Part shown: in pieces, positions 9,369-21,075 of the stretch
How the letters are laid out: each line of letters starts with the position of its first letter
Position numbering within the stretch: the stretch's first letter is position 1
Source of the DNA: Saprolegnia diclina VS20
Taxonomy: Eukaryota
Assembly: GCF_000281045.1 (NCBI RefSeq)
Contig: NW_008246072.1
Span: forward strand, 660,434 to 693,058
Length of the DNA: 32,625 nt
Direction: 5' to 3'
Program-made: the position numbers and the translations under genes
The notes under the pieces: generated by a model
The model's input: only the letters and a program-made list of their open reading frames with translations
The model's database searches: none
What the model was told of the DNA's origin: nothing

Positions 9369-12300
9369 ATGGCCGACGCCGACGTCGAGGACGCGCCAAC
9401 GTACTCGTGGAAGCGGTCCGACGGCTCGGTCCGGGGCGGCGTCCCCGAAGCCAACGACGACGACGACGACGACGACGACCATGGCAACGACGGCAACAAC
9501 AACCGCGATGGCACCGACGACGTCCCGATCGTGTCGATGGTCGACGACCTCCCGCTCTTCGCCGACGACGCCAACAAGAACCTCCATGCGCAGATCCGCG
9601 CAAAAGAGAAGCGGTTCCATGTGGTCAAGCAAGAGATCCTCGAGACGAGCTCGCGCCACAGCATCATGGACGAGCACCTCAAGAACGTCAAGCAGGAGCT
9701 GCTCAACACGCAGTCGCTCCATAGCTCCAAACTCAAAGAGATCTCAACGGAGGAGCACCTTCGCCAAGTGAGCGAGCGCGAGACCGGGCGCGTGCGACAA
9801 GAGCTCAAGAAGCTCGATGGCGTCTACAACGACGTCGAGAACAAACTCAACGCGATCCAAAACTTCCTCTTCAAGGGCAACGAAGACATGGACAACTTCA
9901 AGATGCAAATGAATTGGAACCAAGACGAGCTCGAGCAATGGGCGGTCGCGGCCAAGCAAAAGGAGGACGACAACATGGCGCTCGAGAAATACACGCGCGC
10001 CGACGACGCGCGGATCAAGGAGCTCAACCTCGAGATTGAAAAGCTCACAAAAGCGCTGCAAGTCCAAAAGCAGCTCGTCGAACACGAGGTAGCGATTCCC
10101 CGAGAGGGCTAGTATTGACAAGTGCCATGTAGGCGACCGAGACGCAAGCCAAGCAGATTGAACTCGACAAGACCGCCGATGAATTCCGCGCCATGCATGA
10201 CGAGCGCCAGCAGCTCGTCAAGCAGTGGCAAGACACGCTCGAGGCCATGAAGCGACGCGACGCCGAGATAGCAGCGGCGAGCGAGCAGTTTGCGTCCAAG
10301 CGCATGAGCGTCGAAGAGAAGAAGGACGCGCTCAACGAGCACAAGCACCGGCTCAAGCTCCAGGAGCAGGACAACAACGACCTCCAAGTCAAGATCCAGG
10401 CCAAAGAGCGCCTGCAGTCCAAACTGCGCCTCGAACTCCAAGCCGCCAATGCCCGGTTCCAAGAATTCCGCGACCAAGTCGAAATCCTCAAGAACCAGCT
10501 CACGAGCACGGTGACGCACCTCAACCAGCAGCGCTCGTACAACAGCAACAAGCGGTCGCACTTGGACAAGCTCATCGACGACGTCGAGGGAACACGGACG
10601 CGGTACAAGACTACCAAGAAGATCCTCGAAGCGACCATGAACTCGACGGTCGACGCCGAGACGATGGCCAAGAACGCCGAGGCAGACCTCAACGCGATGG
10701 AGGCCGAGTCAATGCGCTTTGATAAGGAGATTACGCTCCTGAAAGACCAAATGTTTCGCCGCAGCCAGACGCTCTTTACGCTGCGGCAAGCCGAGGCGAC
10801 GCTCATCGCTGAGATCTCGGGTGCTGTCGCTGCGAGCCGCAACCTCTCGACGAAGATCAAGCTCCTTGAGCAGTCGGCGCTGCGGCAGCAGGAGCTGGTC
10901 TACAATGGTGAATTCCAGATCCAGCAAATGGAGCGCAAGGTGTCGCGCGCGTCCGGCGAGCGCACGGCCGACGAGACAAAAGCCATGAAGGCCGAGATCG
11001 AGGTGCTCCAGGCCGAGTACGACGCGACCCAAGCGCAGTATTCGATGCTCCAAACACAGTGCAAGAAGCTCAGCGACGAGCGCAATGCGACCGAGCGTAC
11101 GAAGCGTGCGCTGCTTGCGACGCGGGAAGAGACAACCGCCAAGATCGCCGAGCACGAACTCGCAAATGCGAGTGCTGAGAACTCGCTCAAGGCCATTTAC
11201 CGCGAGAAGGAAGACCTCCTCGTGCAGCACGATTTGCAAAAATTGGAGGTCAAGCGGCTTCGGGACTTTCTCAATTCGCGCGCCGACCAAGTGCTCACAC
11301 TCGAGAACCGCGAGTTCCAGCTCAAAAAGAGCATGGAAGAGCGGAAGAAGGAGATTGGCGTCCACCGCGAAGTGCAGCGTGCGCAAGTCAAGGCGGCCGA
11401 AGAAGAGCGCCACCGCGTTTCGGTCGAACACGCCGAGCGCGAGCTCCGCATCAAGAAACTCCAAGCGAAATTCGAGACGGTAGCGCCCCTGTTGTTGCCG
11501 CGCTCAAGCGTATCGTGCATTGTAGCTGTGCAAGACAAGTCCCTTTGGCAACACGGACGAAGACGGGCAAGAGCGCAGCCAGGCGTACTTTGTCATCAAG
11601 GCCGCGCAGCGCCGGGAAGAGCTCCAGCGCGAAGGTGACGACCTCGACGACAAGATCCGCGTCGCCGAGAAGGAGGTGCGCGCGCTCACCAAGACCCTCG
11701 CGCACCTCGAGGGCCGGAACACCGAGTACCGCAAGAGCTTCCATCGAGCCGACATGGTCGGCGAAGAAGCGATCAAGATGAACCAGCTCGAAGACCAAGT
11801 CAAGGTCGCCGAAGACACGCTCTTCAAGCGCAAGAAGGAGCTCCAGCGGCTCGAGATGGACATGGAGGCCGAGCAGCACCGCATTGCGGAGCTCGAGACG
11901 CAAGCGCGTCATTTCAAGGACCACAACGAAAACCTCCATGCTGCCCAAGCCCAAGTGCTCAAAGAACTCGAGACCGAGCGGGAAAAAGGCGCCAAGGTCA
12001 CCAAGCGCCTCGATCGTCTTCTGAAGGACCACCGCGCCAACCGCATCGTCTCCGAGCACGAGAAAACCGTCGAAGAGGTCGTGCTGGAGACGTACCACGC
12101 CAAGGAAGTCAACCACAGCCTCCTCTACACGCTCGGGCAGCTCGCGCAAGAGTTTCCCGAGCTCAGCGACCCGCTCCACGAAAGCGTAAAAGAGCAAAAT
12201 CTCCACATCCCGGCCTTGCCGCCCGGCGCTGCGCTTGCGCGTGGCCACAAGAAGGGCGCGTCCGACTCGCGCCCGCCGTCCGCGCGCAGCGATCGCAGTG

Positions 12301-12395
12301 ACGCGAGTTCCGTCAAGAGCTCGGTGAGCAGCAGCAGCAGCCGTAGTACAAACCGGCGCGCTGTGACCATGGGCAAGGTGCAGCTCGGCTTGTAA
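9369..12395 (+). CDS. CCDC39: Coiled-coil domain-containing protein 39 (axonemal 96-nm ruler, FAP59), ~978 aa
   Basis: Introns 10089-10132 and 11480-11525. Motifs MNWNQDELEQW..KEDDNMALEKYTRADDARIKEL, IELDKTADEFR.MHDERQ.LVKQW, QQELVYNGEFQIQQMERKVSR and SQAYFVIKAAQRREELQREGDDLDDKIR..EKEVRAL match the CCDC39 family. Confidence 0.92.
9456..9479 (+). repeat. (GAC)8 microsatellite encoding poly-Asp in the CCDC39 N-terminal extension
   Basis: Directly visible in the sequence. Confidence 0.9.
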
Positions 12396-12467
12396 ACGCC
12401 CGAGTGTCCTTCATGTATGCAATATCCGCCCAAATCCAACGCATCTAGTCTCTATCATTTACGTGTC

Positions 12468-14559
12468 TTACAGCGTCGTGTCGTGGCCGGTCGGCACCTT
12501 CTCGTAGCGGGCATGCCGGCGTCTGCAGAGCTTGACGCAGAGCGTCATGACGGCCGTCGCGAGACCGACCAGCAGCACGAGGGTGCCGCCAAAGATACCG
12601 GCGCCCCGCAGCCAGGACGCGGTGCCCATGGATGTGACGACCGACTTGACGACCGACTGCATGACCGACGACTTGGTCGCTGCCAAGAGCGAGGTGCGGG
12701 TATCGTTAACAACCACCGGAATTGTCAGTGCCGTCATGTTGCCCCGCAAGACGTCTTCGGCGTGGAGCACAAGCGACAGGAGCGCATCAAAGCGTGGCGC
12801 CCCGAGGCCCGTTGCTGCGTCCCACCCGTGCGCCGCGTCATAGCCGTGAGAGCACCGGGGCGCCTTGTCCTGATGGCGTTTGCCGGCGCGGTTGTCGCCT
12901 GTGGTGATATCAAAGAACGCATCGCGGGACGGGAACCCGTACAAAAGCGTGTTGAGGAACCCGACCGGCGACTTGCCCGCGTTCAGTCGCGCGTCGTTCC
13001 AGAGGGTGACCATGGCGGCCAGCACCGGCGTCGACGCCGACGTGCCGCTAATGACGCGCCACGTGCCGTTGACGCGGACGCGGTAGTGGGCTCCGATTGC
13101 CGATACATCCGGGTACCCGCGGCCCGAGAGATTCGCATACGTTGCTGGCACTTGCAGCTGGGCGACGTACGACGCCAGCGCACGGGTTTGGTATGCCGGC
13201 TGCGCGTACACAGACGAGAAGCCGCCCCCCGACGTGATGCGACCGCCGTGGTCGGCCATGCACACAGTCTCATCGCCGTCGAGCAGCATCGTCGCTCCCA
13301 CCGACGTCACGAACGGACTCGACGCTGGCCATTGCGGTCCCCCTTGGGCGCATGCAGCAGCAAGAGACATGTTGCGCTGTCGGTGCTGCAGACCTATGGC
13401 GTCAAATGTTGCGCAGGCTCACGAGGGCGTTGACGTACCCATGGCGCCGTCGTCGCCGCTGGCGACGATCACGGTCAGGCCTCGGAGCGCCATTTTCTGG
13501 AGGAGGCGGTCGAGGCTGCGGAGGTAGTTGGGCGCGTTGGCGGCCAAGTGGCGCTCGTCGTCGGCGTAGCTGATCGAATGGACGAGCGGAGGCGACGACC
13601 GCGAGAGAATGTCGTCGGCCCACGCTACAAACGGCTCGTCGAGCGCTGAGAACGGGTTCCGCCCGCGCATGAGCCACGCGTATGTGGTGGCGAGCGGCGC
13701 CATGGCCGTGAGGTACTGAACGTCCAGCGACGGCTCGGCGTGCGGCGACCGCGGGTCGTTGGGGCGGTTGCCGCGCTGGGCCAACGGCGCGCGGGGCGTA
13801 TTCATGGTCGTGTTAAAGTCGATCAAGTCGGCTTCCGAGTACGACGCTTCAAAGAAGACGGCAAAGCTCTGGGTCGCCCGCGCATCGGTCACGACGAGGT
13901 CGGCAGGGATATGGTACAGGCCCCGCAGCACTGTGGGAGTGATCAGGGTGTTTGTGTCGAGGCGACGCGACGGATGGCTGGTGGTTGTCGCGTCAGTAGC
14001 GCTAGGAACGATGGACGCAGGCAGCGTCACGCTGACAAATTCGACGTAGGCGGCGACGACGTCGGGAACGTGGATGGGCGTCGTCGCCTTGATGACGCGG
14101 TGCGCGTCCGACGCAGCAAACTCGCGGAGCGTCGTGTCCAGAAGCGTCTCGAGCTCGTGAATTGAGCTTTCGACGACGAGGAGGTTGGACGCCGCCGAGT
14201 ACGTCGTGTTGAGCTGGCCAAGCCACGCTGTAAGCGCTGGCAGCGCCGCGGCCTCGGGCTGCGTGAGCGCATCAACAGCGGCTCGACTAAGGTAGCGCAT
14301 GAAGCGTGGATGTCTACGTCATTGGCATGAGGTGCCACCAATCATGATGTCGAGGTACGCACGATGGCGTTGTGACGTTGGCGAACGCGTCGTCGAGGGC
14401 GTGCGGCCGCGCCGCCTTGACACCAATCCACCAGGCTACACGCTCATCCTCGGAAAGTGCGCGTCTACTTGGCGCCCATGGGCCATGCGCTCGGAACGCC
14501 GGCGACGTCGCCGCCTCAACGGCGACGACCACGGCCACGAGCCAGAGCAGGGGCAGCAT
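12468..14559 (-). CDS. Sedolisin (S53) / tripeptidyl-peptidase 1-like protease with signal peptide, prodomain and C-terminal TM helix; 3 exons
   Basis: Signal peptide MLPLLWLVAVVVAVEA. Catalytic motifs AEPSLDVQY (E-xxx-D), ASGDDGA, PASSPFVTSVGAT, SGGGFS, GRGYPDVS, SGTSASTP and GWDAATGLG. A hydrophobic helix lies near the C-terminus. Introns at ~14314-14362 and ~13394-13439. Confidence 0.92.
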
Positions 14560-15188
14560 CCGCGGGTGAATCCTTGGAACAAAGCGTATCCGGAGGACCT
14601 GTGACATTCGATATATTGCAACAAAGCATCGTTTGCCCTCGACCGCTCCAACATATTCATTTTTACAGGATCCTGTCCACTCCGTACCTCTCATATCGCA
14701 TGCGCGTGCTGCTCGGTTGTGTTTGCACTCGTCGCCGGGGATGATCTCCAAACCGCTCTCAACCTCGCTCTTGATTGAAATCCCAACCGATCCAGCAGTT
14801 TAAAACGCTGTATCAAAACCGCTGGAAGGTCTTGGTCCATCAACCAACGGCCGCTTCTATGATCGTTGGCGGCGGGATTGTTGTCCCGGGTTGTGCCCGT
14901 CCCTTTGCGTCTAGCTTTAGCGGATCGCCCAGTTCAAGGCCCGCTGCCCCGCTTTTTCAATCGATTTACCAAGTCATTTATCAAGCACCGCCTGACGCAT
15001 CGGCAAGCTGTGTGCACAGAATTGATCAAACCAAGAGCCAGCAACAATGTCTCTCCCAAGGACAGTCTCCCGACAGGACACTGAGAGTGCTGGTCCTTCG
15101 CGGCCGTTGGACTTGGTGTTTGTATGGGACGAAATATGTGGTTTCAGAGGTTTGGCATCCGGATGCGATGGTCCCTCGCTTGTGAGCG

Positions 15189-15204
15189 TCATTTTCGGAT
15201 TTCC
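15189..15204 (+). promoter_or_regulatory. Oomycete Inr+FPR-like core promoter upstream of SKP1
   Basis: TCATTTT-CG-GATTTCC closely matches the YCAYTYY-NN-MWTTTNC consensus (one mismatch) and starts 28 nt before the ATG. Confidence 0.55.
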
Positions 15205-15216
15205 GGCAGACGAACG

Positions 15217-15702
15217 ATGGGCTCGGAGAAGAAGGTGCAGCTGATCTCGGCGGAGGGCGAGAACTTCGAGGTGGCCCTCGACGTGGCCCTCATGAGCCAG
15301 CTCGTCAAGGAGCAGCTCGAGGACGACTGCGAAGATGGGCAGGAGATCCCGCTGCCCAACGTCAAGACGCCGGTGCTGCTCAAGGTCATTGAGTTTATGA
15401 ACTACCACCATGCGACGCCGATGAAGGAGATCCCCAAGCCGATCAAGACCAAGTTTGAGGACGTGGTCGAGAAGTGGGACCTCGACTTTATCGACGTGCC
15501 GTACGAGATGATCTTTGAGCTCATCCTTGCGGCCAATTACCTCGACATCAAGAGCCTCCTCGAGCTCTCGTGCGCCAAGGTTTCGGGCATCATCTTTGGC
15601 AAGACGCCCGACCAGATCCGCGAGACGTTCAACATTGAGCAGCCCTTTACGCCCGAAGAGGAAAAGTTTATCCGCGACGAGAACAAGTGGCCGGAAGAGT
15701 AA
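15217..15702 (+). CDS. SKP1: S-phase kinase-associated protein 1 (SCF adaptor), 161 aa, intronless
   Basis: Motifs VQLISAEGENFEV, IPLPNVKTPVLLKVIEF, FELILAANYLDIKSLLELSC and GKTPDQIRETFNI..FTPEEE..IRDENKW. Confidence 0.95.
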   Translation: MGSEKKVQLISAEGENFEVALDVALMSQLVKEQLEDDCEDGQEIPLPNVKTPVLLKVIEFMNYHHATPMKEIPKPIKTKFEDVVEKWDLDFIDVPYEMIFELILAANYLDIKSLLELSCAKVSGIIFGKTPDQIRETFNIEQPFTPEEEKFIRDENKWPEE

Positions 15703-16081
15703 GCGTCCACGCAAGCAGAATGGTAACACGTTTGAATTTATTTTGGATCGGACTCTTCTGCTGCTCGCCGCAGCACATCGCGTTGGCGTCGACGAGCTTA
15801 GCGCGGGCCCCGGGATGGCGCGTGAGCGACACGTGGCAGTCTTGCACCGTCTGCACAAGGCGACCACATTCCCACGACACAATCGCTCGCAGTTGCAGCC
15901 TCTTGGAAGTACGGGCGGCAGCGCGACTGCTACCCAACCCTCCTCGATCATCCTGCAACCCATCACTGCACATCCTCGGGGATTGAACCATGGTCGTGAT
16001 GCTACGGGTGCAAGGTCGCTGCGCTGCCAAGGACCAGCGCCGTGCCAAGAGTATGGGAGAACGCACGTCTATTCCACGAGA

Positions 16082-17502
16082 CTAGACGAACGGGGTGCCG
16101 GCGAGGAAGGTGTTGAGCATCTCGAGTGATACTTGCGGCTGCGCCGACGGCACGAGGTGGCCGGCTTCAAAGATGCGCACAAAGGTGAGGAGGTCATGGG
16201 CGCGAACCTGGCCGACCTAGATGGCGTATGAGTAAGGGTGCAGTGTTGATCGCGTGGTACCGTGCGGCCGTCGGCGGCGACGTAGGGCTGTAGCGTCGTC
16301 TTGGTGTAGCTCGAGGTCTGCGCCCACGCCATGGCCGCGGACCACGCGTCAATCGACTGCCAATTGCATTGAAGGTCGGCGTCGCCCGCATACAAGAGGA
16401 CGGGCACGTTCGCCGCCAACACCGCCTCGACGTGATGCGCATAGTTGGTGACAATGTCGACGAGGAAGGGCTCCATGTACTTGGGGTTGTCGCTCCGGTA
16501 GACGACCGGCGATGGAAGTCCGAGCTGCGCCTGGACGTCCGGGCGGTTGAGGAACGTCGCCACGGCCTTCATGGGCGCTTCACACGCGTCGTCGATGCAC
16601 TCTTGGCGAATGTCGAGGCTGTTGCGGGTTGGCGCATAGCTCTCCATGGTGCCCTGAAACGTGATGAAGGCGAGCGCCGCGTCTTCGCACACCGAGTCGT
16701 TCTTGGTCGTCCGGCATGCGCGGATGCTCTTGGTCACGTCCTGCGCCATGGCTTGCAGCTCAGGCAGGTGCGACGACGGCACGAGCGTCACGTTGTATTG
16801 GTTGGTCACCATGTCGAGCTGGTGCTGCGCCTGGATGTCCGTGTCGGTGAGGCCATTCCCGATCGCAATCCCCCTGAGGTTGATCGCGCTCTCGTTGGCC
16901 GACAAAAGCGTCGTGGCAATGACGGGGATGTAATGGCCGGCGTAGCTTTCACCCGTGAGGTACAGCGGTCGCCGCGCGAGGTCCGGGTGCAAGGCGAAGA
17001 AGCCGCGCAAGAACTGGAGCATGTTGGGTCCAATGGCCGCCGGCGCGCTCAGTGGGCCGACTGAGAGACCAACCGACGCGGGCTGGTCGACATAGAGGAC
17101 GTTGGCACGTGAATTCCATGCATGCTCGTTGTACATGAGGCTGCCATCCTTCTGGACGAGGCACGGACCGTTCTCGAGGAAGAGCCCGAGCATGCTCGAG
17201 GACCCAGGCCCGCCATTGAGCCAAAGTACAAGCGGATCGGACGCTGGACGATCGCGCGACTCGAAGTAGTAGTAAAAGTACTGCGTCTCCGGCGCGACGG
17301 GCAGATAGCCAGACGACTGCGCGACGTGGGGGTCGCAGACAAAGGCCGGCGCTCGCGACCACTCGGCGACGAACCAGCCGAGGCCGAGCAGCAGCGGGAC
17401 ACCGATGAGCAGGCCCCAGGGCGAGAAGCGTGGGCGGTGCACCGCCATCGTCTGCGCCGATGCATGGCGGACGAGGCCGGTGGTCTCGGTCGGCGATGGC
17501 AT
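16082..17502 (-). CDS. Serine carboxypeptidase (S10) with N-terminal signal-anchor; 2 exons
   Basis: Motifs WLNGGPGSSS, ANVLYVDQPASVG, TGESYAGHY, AIGNG and GDADLQCN. After intron 16217-16260 the frame reads FVRIFEAGHLVP..FLAGTPFV*, completing the Ser-Asp-His triad. Confidence 0.94.
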
Positions 17503-17915
17503 GGCACGGTTCGAACTGTGGCCTTTCCAACCGCGGGAAACCAGATCTACATTTCACACATGCCAGGTGGTGTGAAAAATACAATCAGCACGACGACGAC
17601 GACTGAGCATTTAACGAAGCTCAATGCACAATCCTATCATGCGACTGCACACCGAGCAGCGGTGCGTGGCTTTTCGACCTTCCTCTCGATCGACCTTCCT
17701 GCTCAGAGGTCGTCATCAGTGGGCGGTGGCGGAAGGGCGGAACGTTGAAGTGTGAGAAATGTAATTTTCACGTGTGTTTGGTGGTGAGCCAGGCGCGACG
17801 CCCTGATCTGAGGCGGATCCTCATGGAATTAGGATCGATCCGGATACGTTCGAATATTCAAAACTCGGTATCCGTACGTTTTCCGGCAGTTGGAGTGAAT
17901 TTTTGGGGCAACGCA

Positions 17916-20781
17916 ATGGCCAAGGGCGGAGACAAGCGACAGCGCCGGGACCGGACCCCCGAGCCGCCGGCCGAAGCCCGCAAGAAGGCCAAGGGAGGCC
18001 ACGACGAGGAAGAGGAAGACGACGACGAGGACGACGTCCGTGGCATCACCATGCGCTCGAAGAAGAGCAAGCCGATCCGAGCGCAGCCCATGGACTCGTC
18101 CGACGACGAGGCCGAGGTCAACAATACCAACGCCATGGCGCCACCATCCAATGAGGGGCATGCTGCCGAAGAGAGCGCGTTTGTGACACCAGCCGCGACG
18201 CCCAACGAGCCGCGCGACGCCTCGCAGACGGAAGAGGCCATGGCCGCCCGTCGCCGCCCGCGCGCCAAGGGCTCGCTCGCTCGCCGGAAGTCCCTGACGC
18301 CGGTCACCAAGACCAAGCAGTACGTCGCCGACATGTATTCGAAGATCATCCAAATGTCGTCGGAAAACGTACGTCGTCCTTCGCATCGACTCGATGATGC
18401 CATGCTGTGCCATGTAGAAAATCAACTCGAAGAACGCGTTCTCGCTGCACCTGATCGACCACATTGACGACATCCTCGTCGAGAAGCGGTATGGCACCGG
18501 ACGCATCCTCCTCCCCCTTACGCAGATACAGGCAAGAGGACGAAGACTCGACCGATACGTACAACTTTCAAAAAGCCAGCTGCACGCTCGACGCCAGCGT
18601 CAAGATCTACTCGTACCGCGTCGACGACACGTGGAACTCGTCGTTCAAGGTGCTCGAGAACCTCACGCGCGGCGACGACGTGCCAGGTAGACTTCGCTGT
18701 CCCGACACCCGCCTTTAGTTGAGACGCATGCAGATGACGACGACGACGGGGCGTCCCAGCGCCGCCAGGCAACCAAGAAAGTACGCTCTCACTACTTTGC
18801 TGGCAGGAATGATACACGGTTGGTATCTAGCTCACGACGGGCAACACGACCGAGTCCAACATGAACAACATCAACATGAAGTCGGTGGACCTCGAGTTCC
18901 AAGTCGACCCGCTCTTCCAGAAGATGTCGCAGGCCTTTGACGAGGGCGGCGCAAAGGGCATGCTTCTCGTCAACCTCGTACGCCCATCATGTCGCTTTGA
19001 CAAAGTCCATAAACGATGCGTAGAGTGTCCATGACGGCTGCAAGATCATGCTCGACTCAAGCAATGTGCAGGCTGTGCCCGAGAAGATCGAACCGGCGGC
19101 TGCGGCCGACAAGGTCGAGGCCAAGCCGCTCATTAACATCTCGGGCTTGGCCAAGCGCCTGCGCGCCGAGCCGATGCTGGCCGAGGTACGCTCTCACGAC
19201 CGTGGCAATGTGATGTCGAGGGACGTGAGTAGGAACAGGAGATTTGCCCAAAGCTCGAACACTTCTACGACCAGCTCAAGAGCATGAACCACGATTTTTT
19301 CGAAAAGAAGGTGACGGTGCCCCGCCTCGACATTGCCGCGTCGCAGTCGAGTCGCCCGCGCCGCATGACGCTGCTGCCCAACGCCAACGAGTCGATGATG
19401 ATGGACGACGACTACGACATGGGCATGGGCGCTGACGACGACGACGACAACGATGATGATTACGCACCGTCCGAGTACGCGCCAACACCGGCACCCGCAC
19501 CAGCCCCGGCCCCGATCGATCCCGCGACCGCCGACGCAGTCGTGCCGGACGACGAAGAGCAGGACGAGCCGGTTGCCAAGCCGCTCAACTTTGACGATGT
19601 CGAGGACGACGACGACGACGAGCAGCCCGAAGTGGAAGCGGCGGTGGATCTGCCGGTGGATGATATTGACGACCAGCACCAGCACATGCTCGAGAGCGCG
19701 CTCATGCGCTCGGTGGGCGGCGACCAAACGGACGAATACTCATTTTTCGACGCGAAAACACTCAAGAACTGGGCGGGGCCGTCCCATTGGAAGCTCAAGC
19801 TGCGTTGCGTCCGGGCGTCAGCCAAGCCGTCAGCCAAAGCATCGACCAAAGCATCGGCCAAAGCGTCCGCCAAAGCGTCCGCCAAGCCGTCGGACAAGTC
19901 ACGCAAGAAGGAAGCGTTTACGTTTACGGCCACCGAGTACGACCTCGCGGCGGCCTTTAAGAAGCCCAAGAAGCCCAAAATGATGTTGACGCTCGGGGAC
20001 TCTGTGTGCAAGCGGCACGAAATCGAAGCCGCCAAGCTCGTGTACCCCGTGGACCTCCACGTGCAGCTCCCTGGGTTTTACCAGCTGTTTACGCGGCCGC
20101 AGTCAAAGATCTTTGCGCAGGCGCCGGCGTCGATGCTGAGTCACAAGAGCAGCGCGTCGACGGTCGCGGCCATGTCGTTTGGCCGGACGCCCGTGCACTC
20201 GAACGACCACGCGCCGCACGACAACGACGATGGCGATGATGGCATTGACTTTGGCGGCGGCGCTGATGATTTCAACCCTGCCGACGACTACAACGGTACA
20301 CTATCGTAAGCATCTGGATACGTAGCGAGATAAATGGATAGTCTCGGGGCTGCTCCAAGCCGACCGGGTCGTCGACAAGATCAACATTACGTATGAGAAG
20401 TTTGCCAAGCGCGTGGACGTCAAGAAGCTCAAGGAGAGCATTTGGTCGACGCTGCCGTTCCATGTCGAGACCAACGCCGATGACGAAGACGAAGAAGAGA
20501 CCAAGGAGGACGCTTCGGTGGACGAACTCTCGGCGTCGGCGGCCAAGCTTCATGTAGACGATGTGGTGTCGTTTGAAGAGATGGTGCACGACGTGGCCCC
20601 CAACGTACGACTGTTTCTTGTCTCTGGAGAAATGACGCGTCCTTAGGTGCCCCGCAATGTGACCGTGTCCTTTTACTTTATTTGTATGCTGCACCTCGCG
20701 AACGACAAGGGCCTCGAACTCACGGGGCAAGACGACCTCCAGGATTTCAAAATTGCCAAAGACAAGTCGATTTCGCATTAG
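17916..20781 (+). CDS. NCAPH: Condensin I kleisin subunit (CAP-H/Barren/Cnd2), ~9 exons
   Basis: Motifs IIQMSSENKINSKNAFSLHLIDHI, NFQKASCTLDASVKIYSYRVD, VDPLFQKMSQAFDEGGAKGMLL, WAGPSHWK, KRVDVKKLKESIW and FYFICMLHLANDKGLEL. Eight short GT-AG introns. Confidence 0.95.
19815..19890 (+). repeat. Imperfect 12-bp coding repeat (A/P-S-A/T-K) x~6 in NCAPH
   Basis: Translates as ASAK PSAK ASTK ASAK ASAK ASAK PS. Confidence 0.85.
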
Positions 20782-21075
20782 ATGGCTCTCGTTGTCATCG
20801 TTCATAATCATCTTCTTTGGTTGCAATTGTTGTGTGGTACTATCGCACAGGTGGCGTGCTAAAGTATCGCAGCATTAGGACGCAGATGTATAGTCTAGTC
20901 TGGACAAACCTGGTCCATGACGCCAAACACCAATGCCAGAACGGTATTCCATGGCATATGCGCCCTTGTTTCGACTCGAAGCGCCGTAGGGCTTCTCGAG
21001 TCAGTCGAACGCCCTTCCTCCGAACGCATCTTAATCAAAACACTAGTCGTTGATCCAACTGAGACCATACTACAA

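Noticed and set aside
14775..15185. 136-aa ORF upstream of SKP1, and the 192-aa extended SKP1 ORF from 15124
   Set aside because: Non-ATG starts in promoter-like sequence. The Inr-FPR element supports the ATG at 15217.
15668..16066. Possible small Cys-containing gene between SKP1 and the S10 peptidase
   Set aside because: No motif, weak codon bias and overlap with the probable 3' UTRs of both neighbours.
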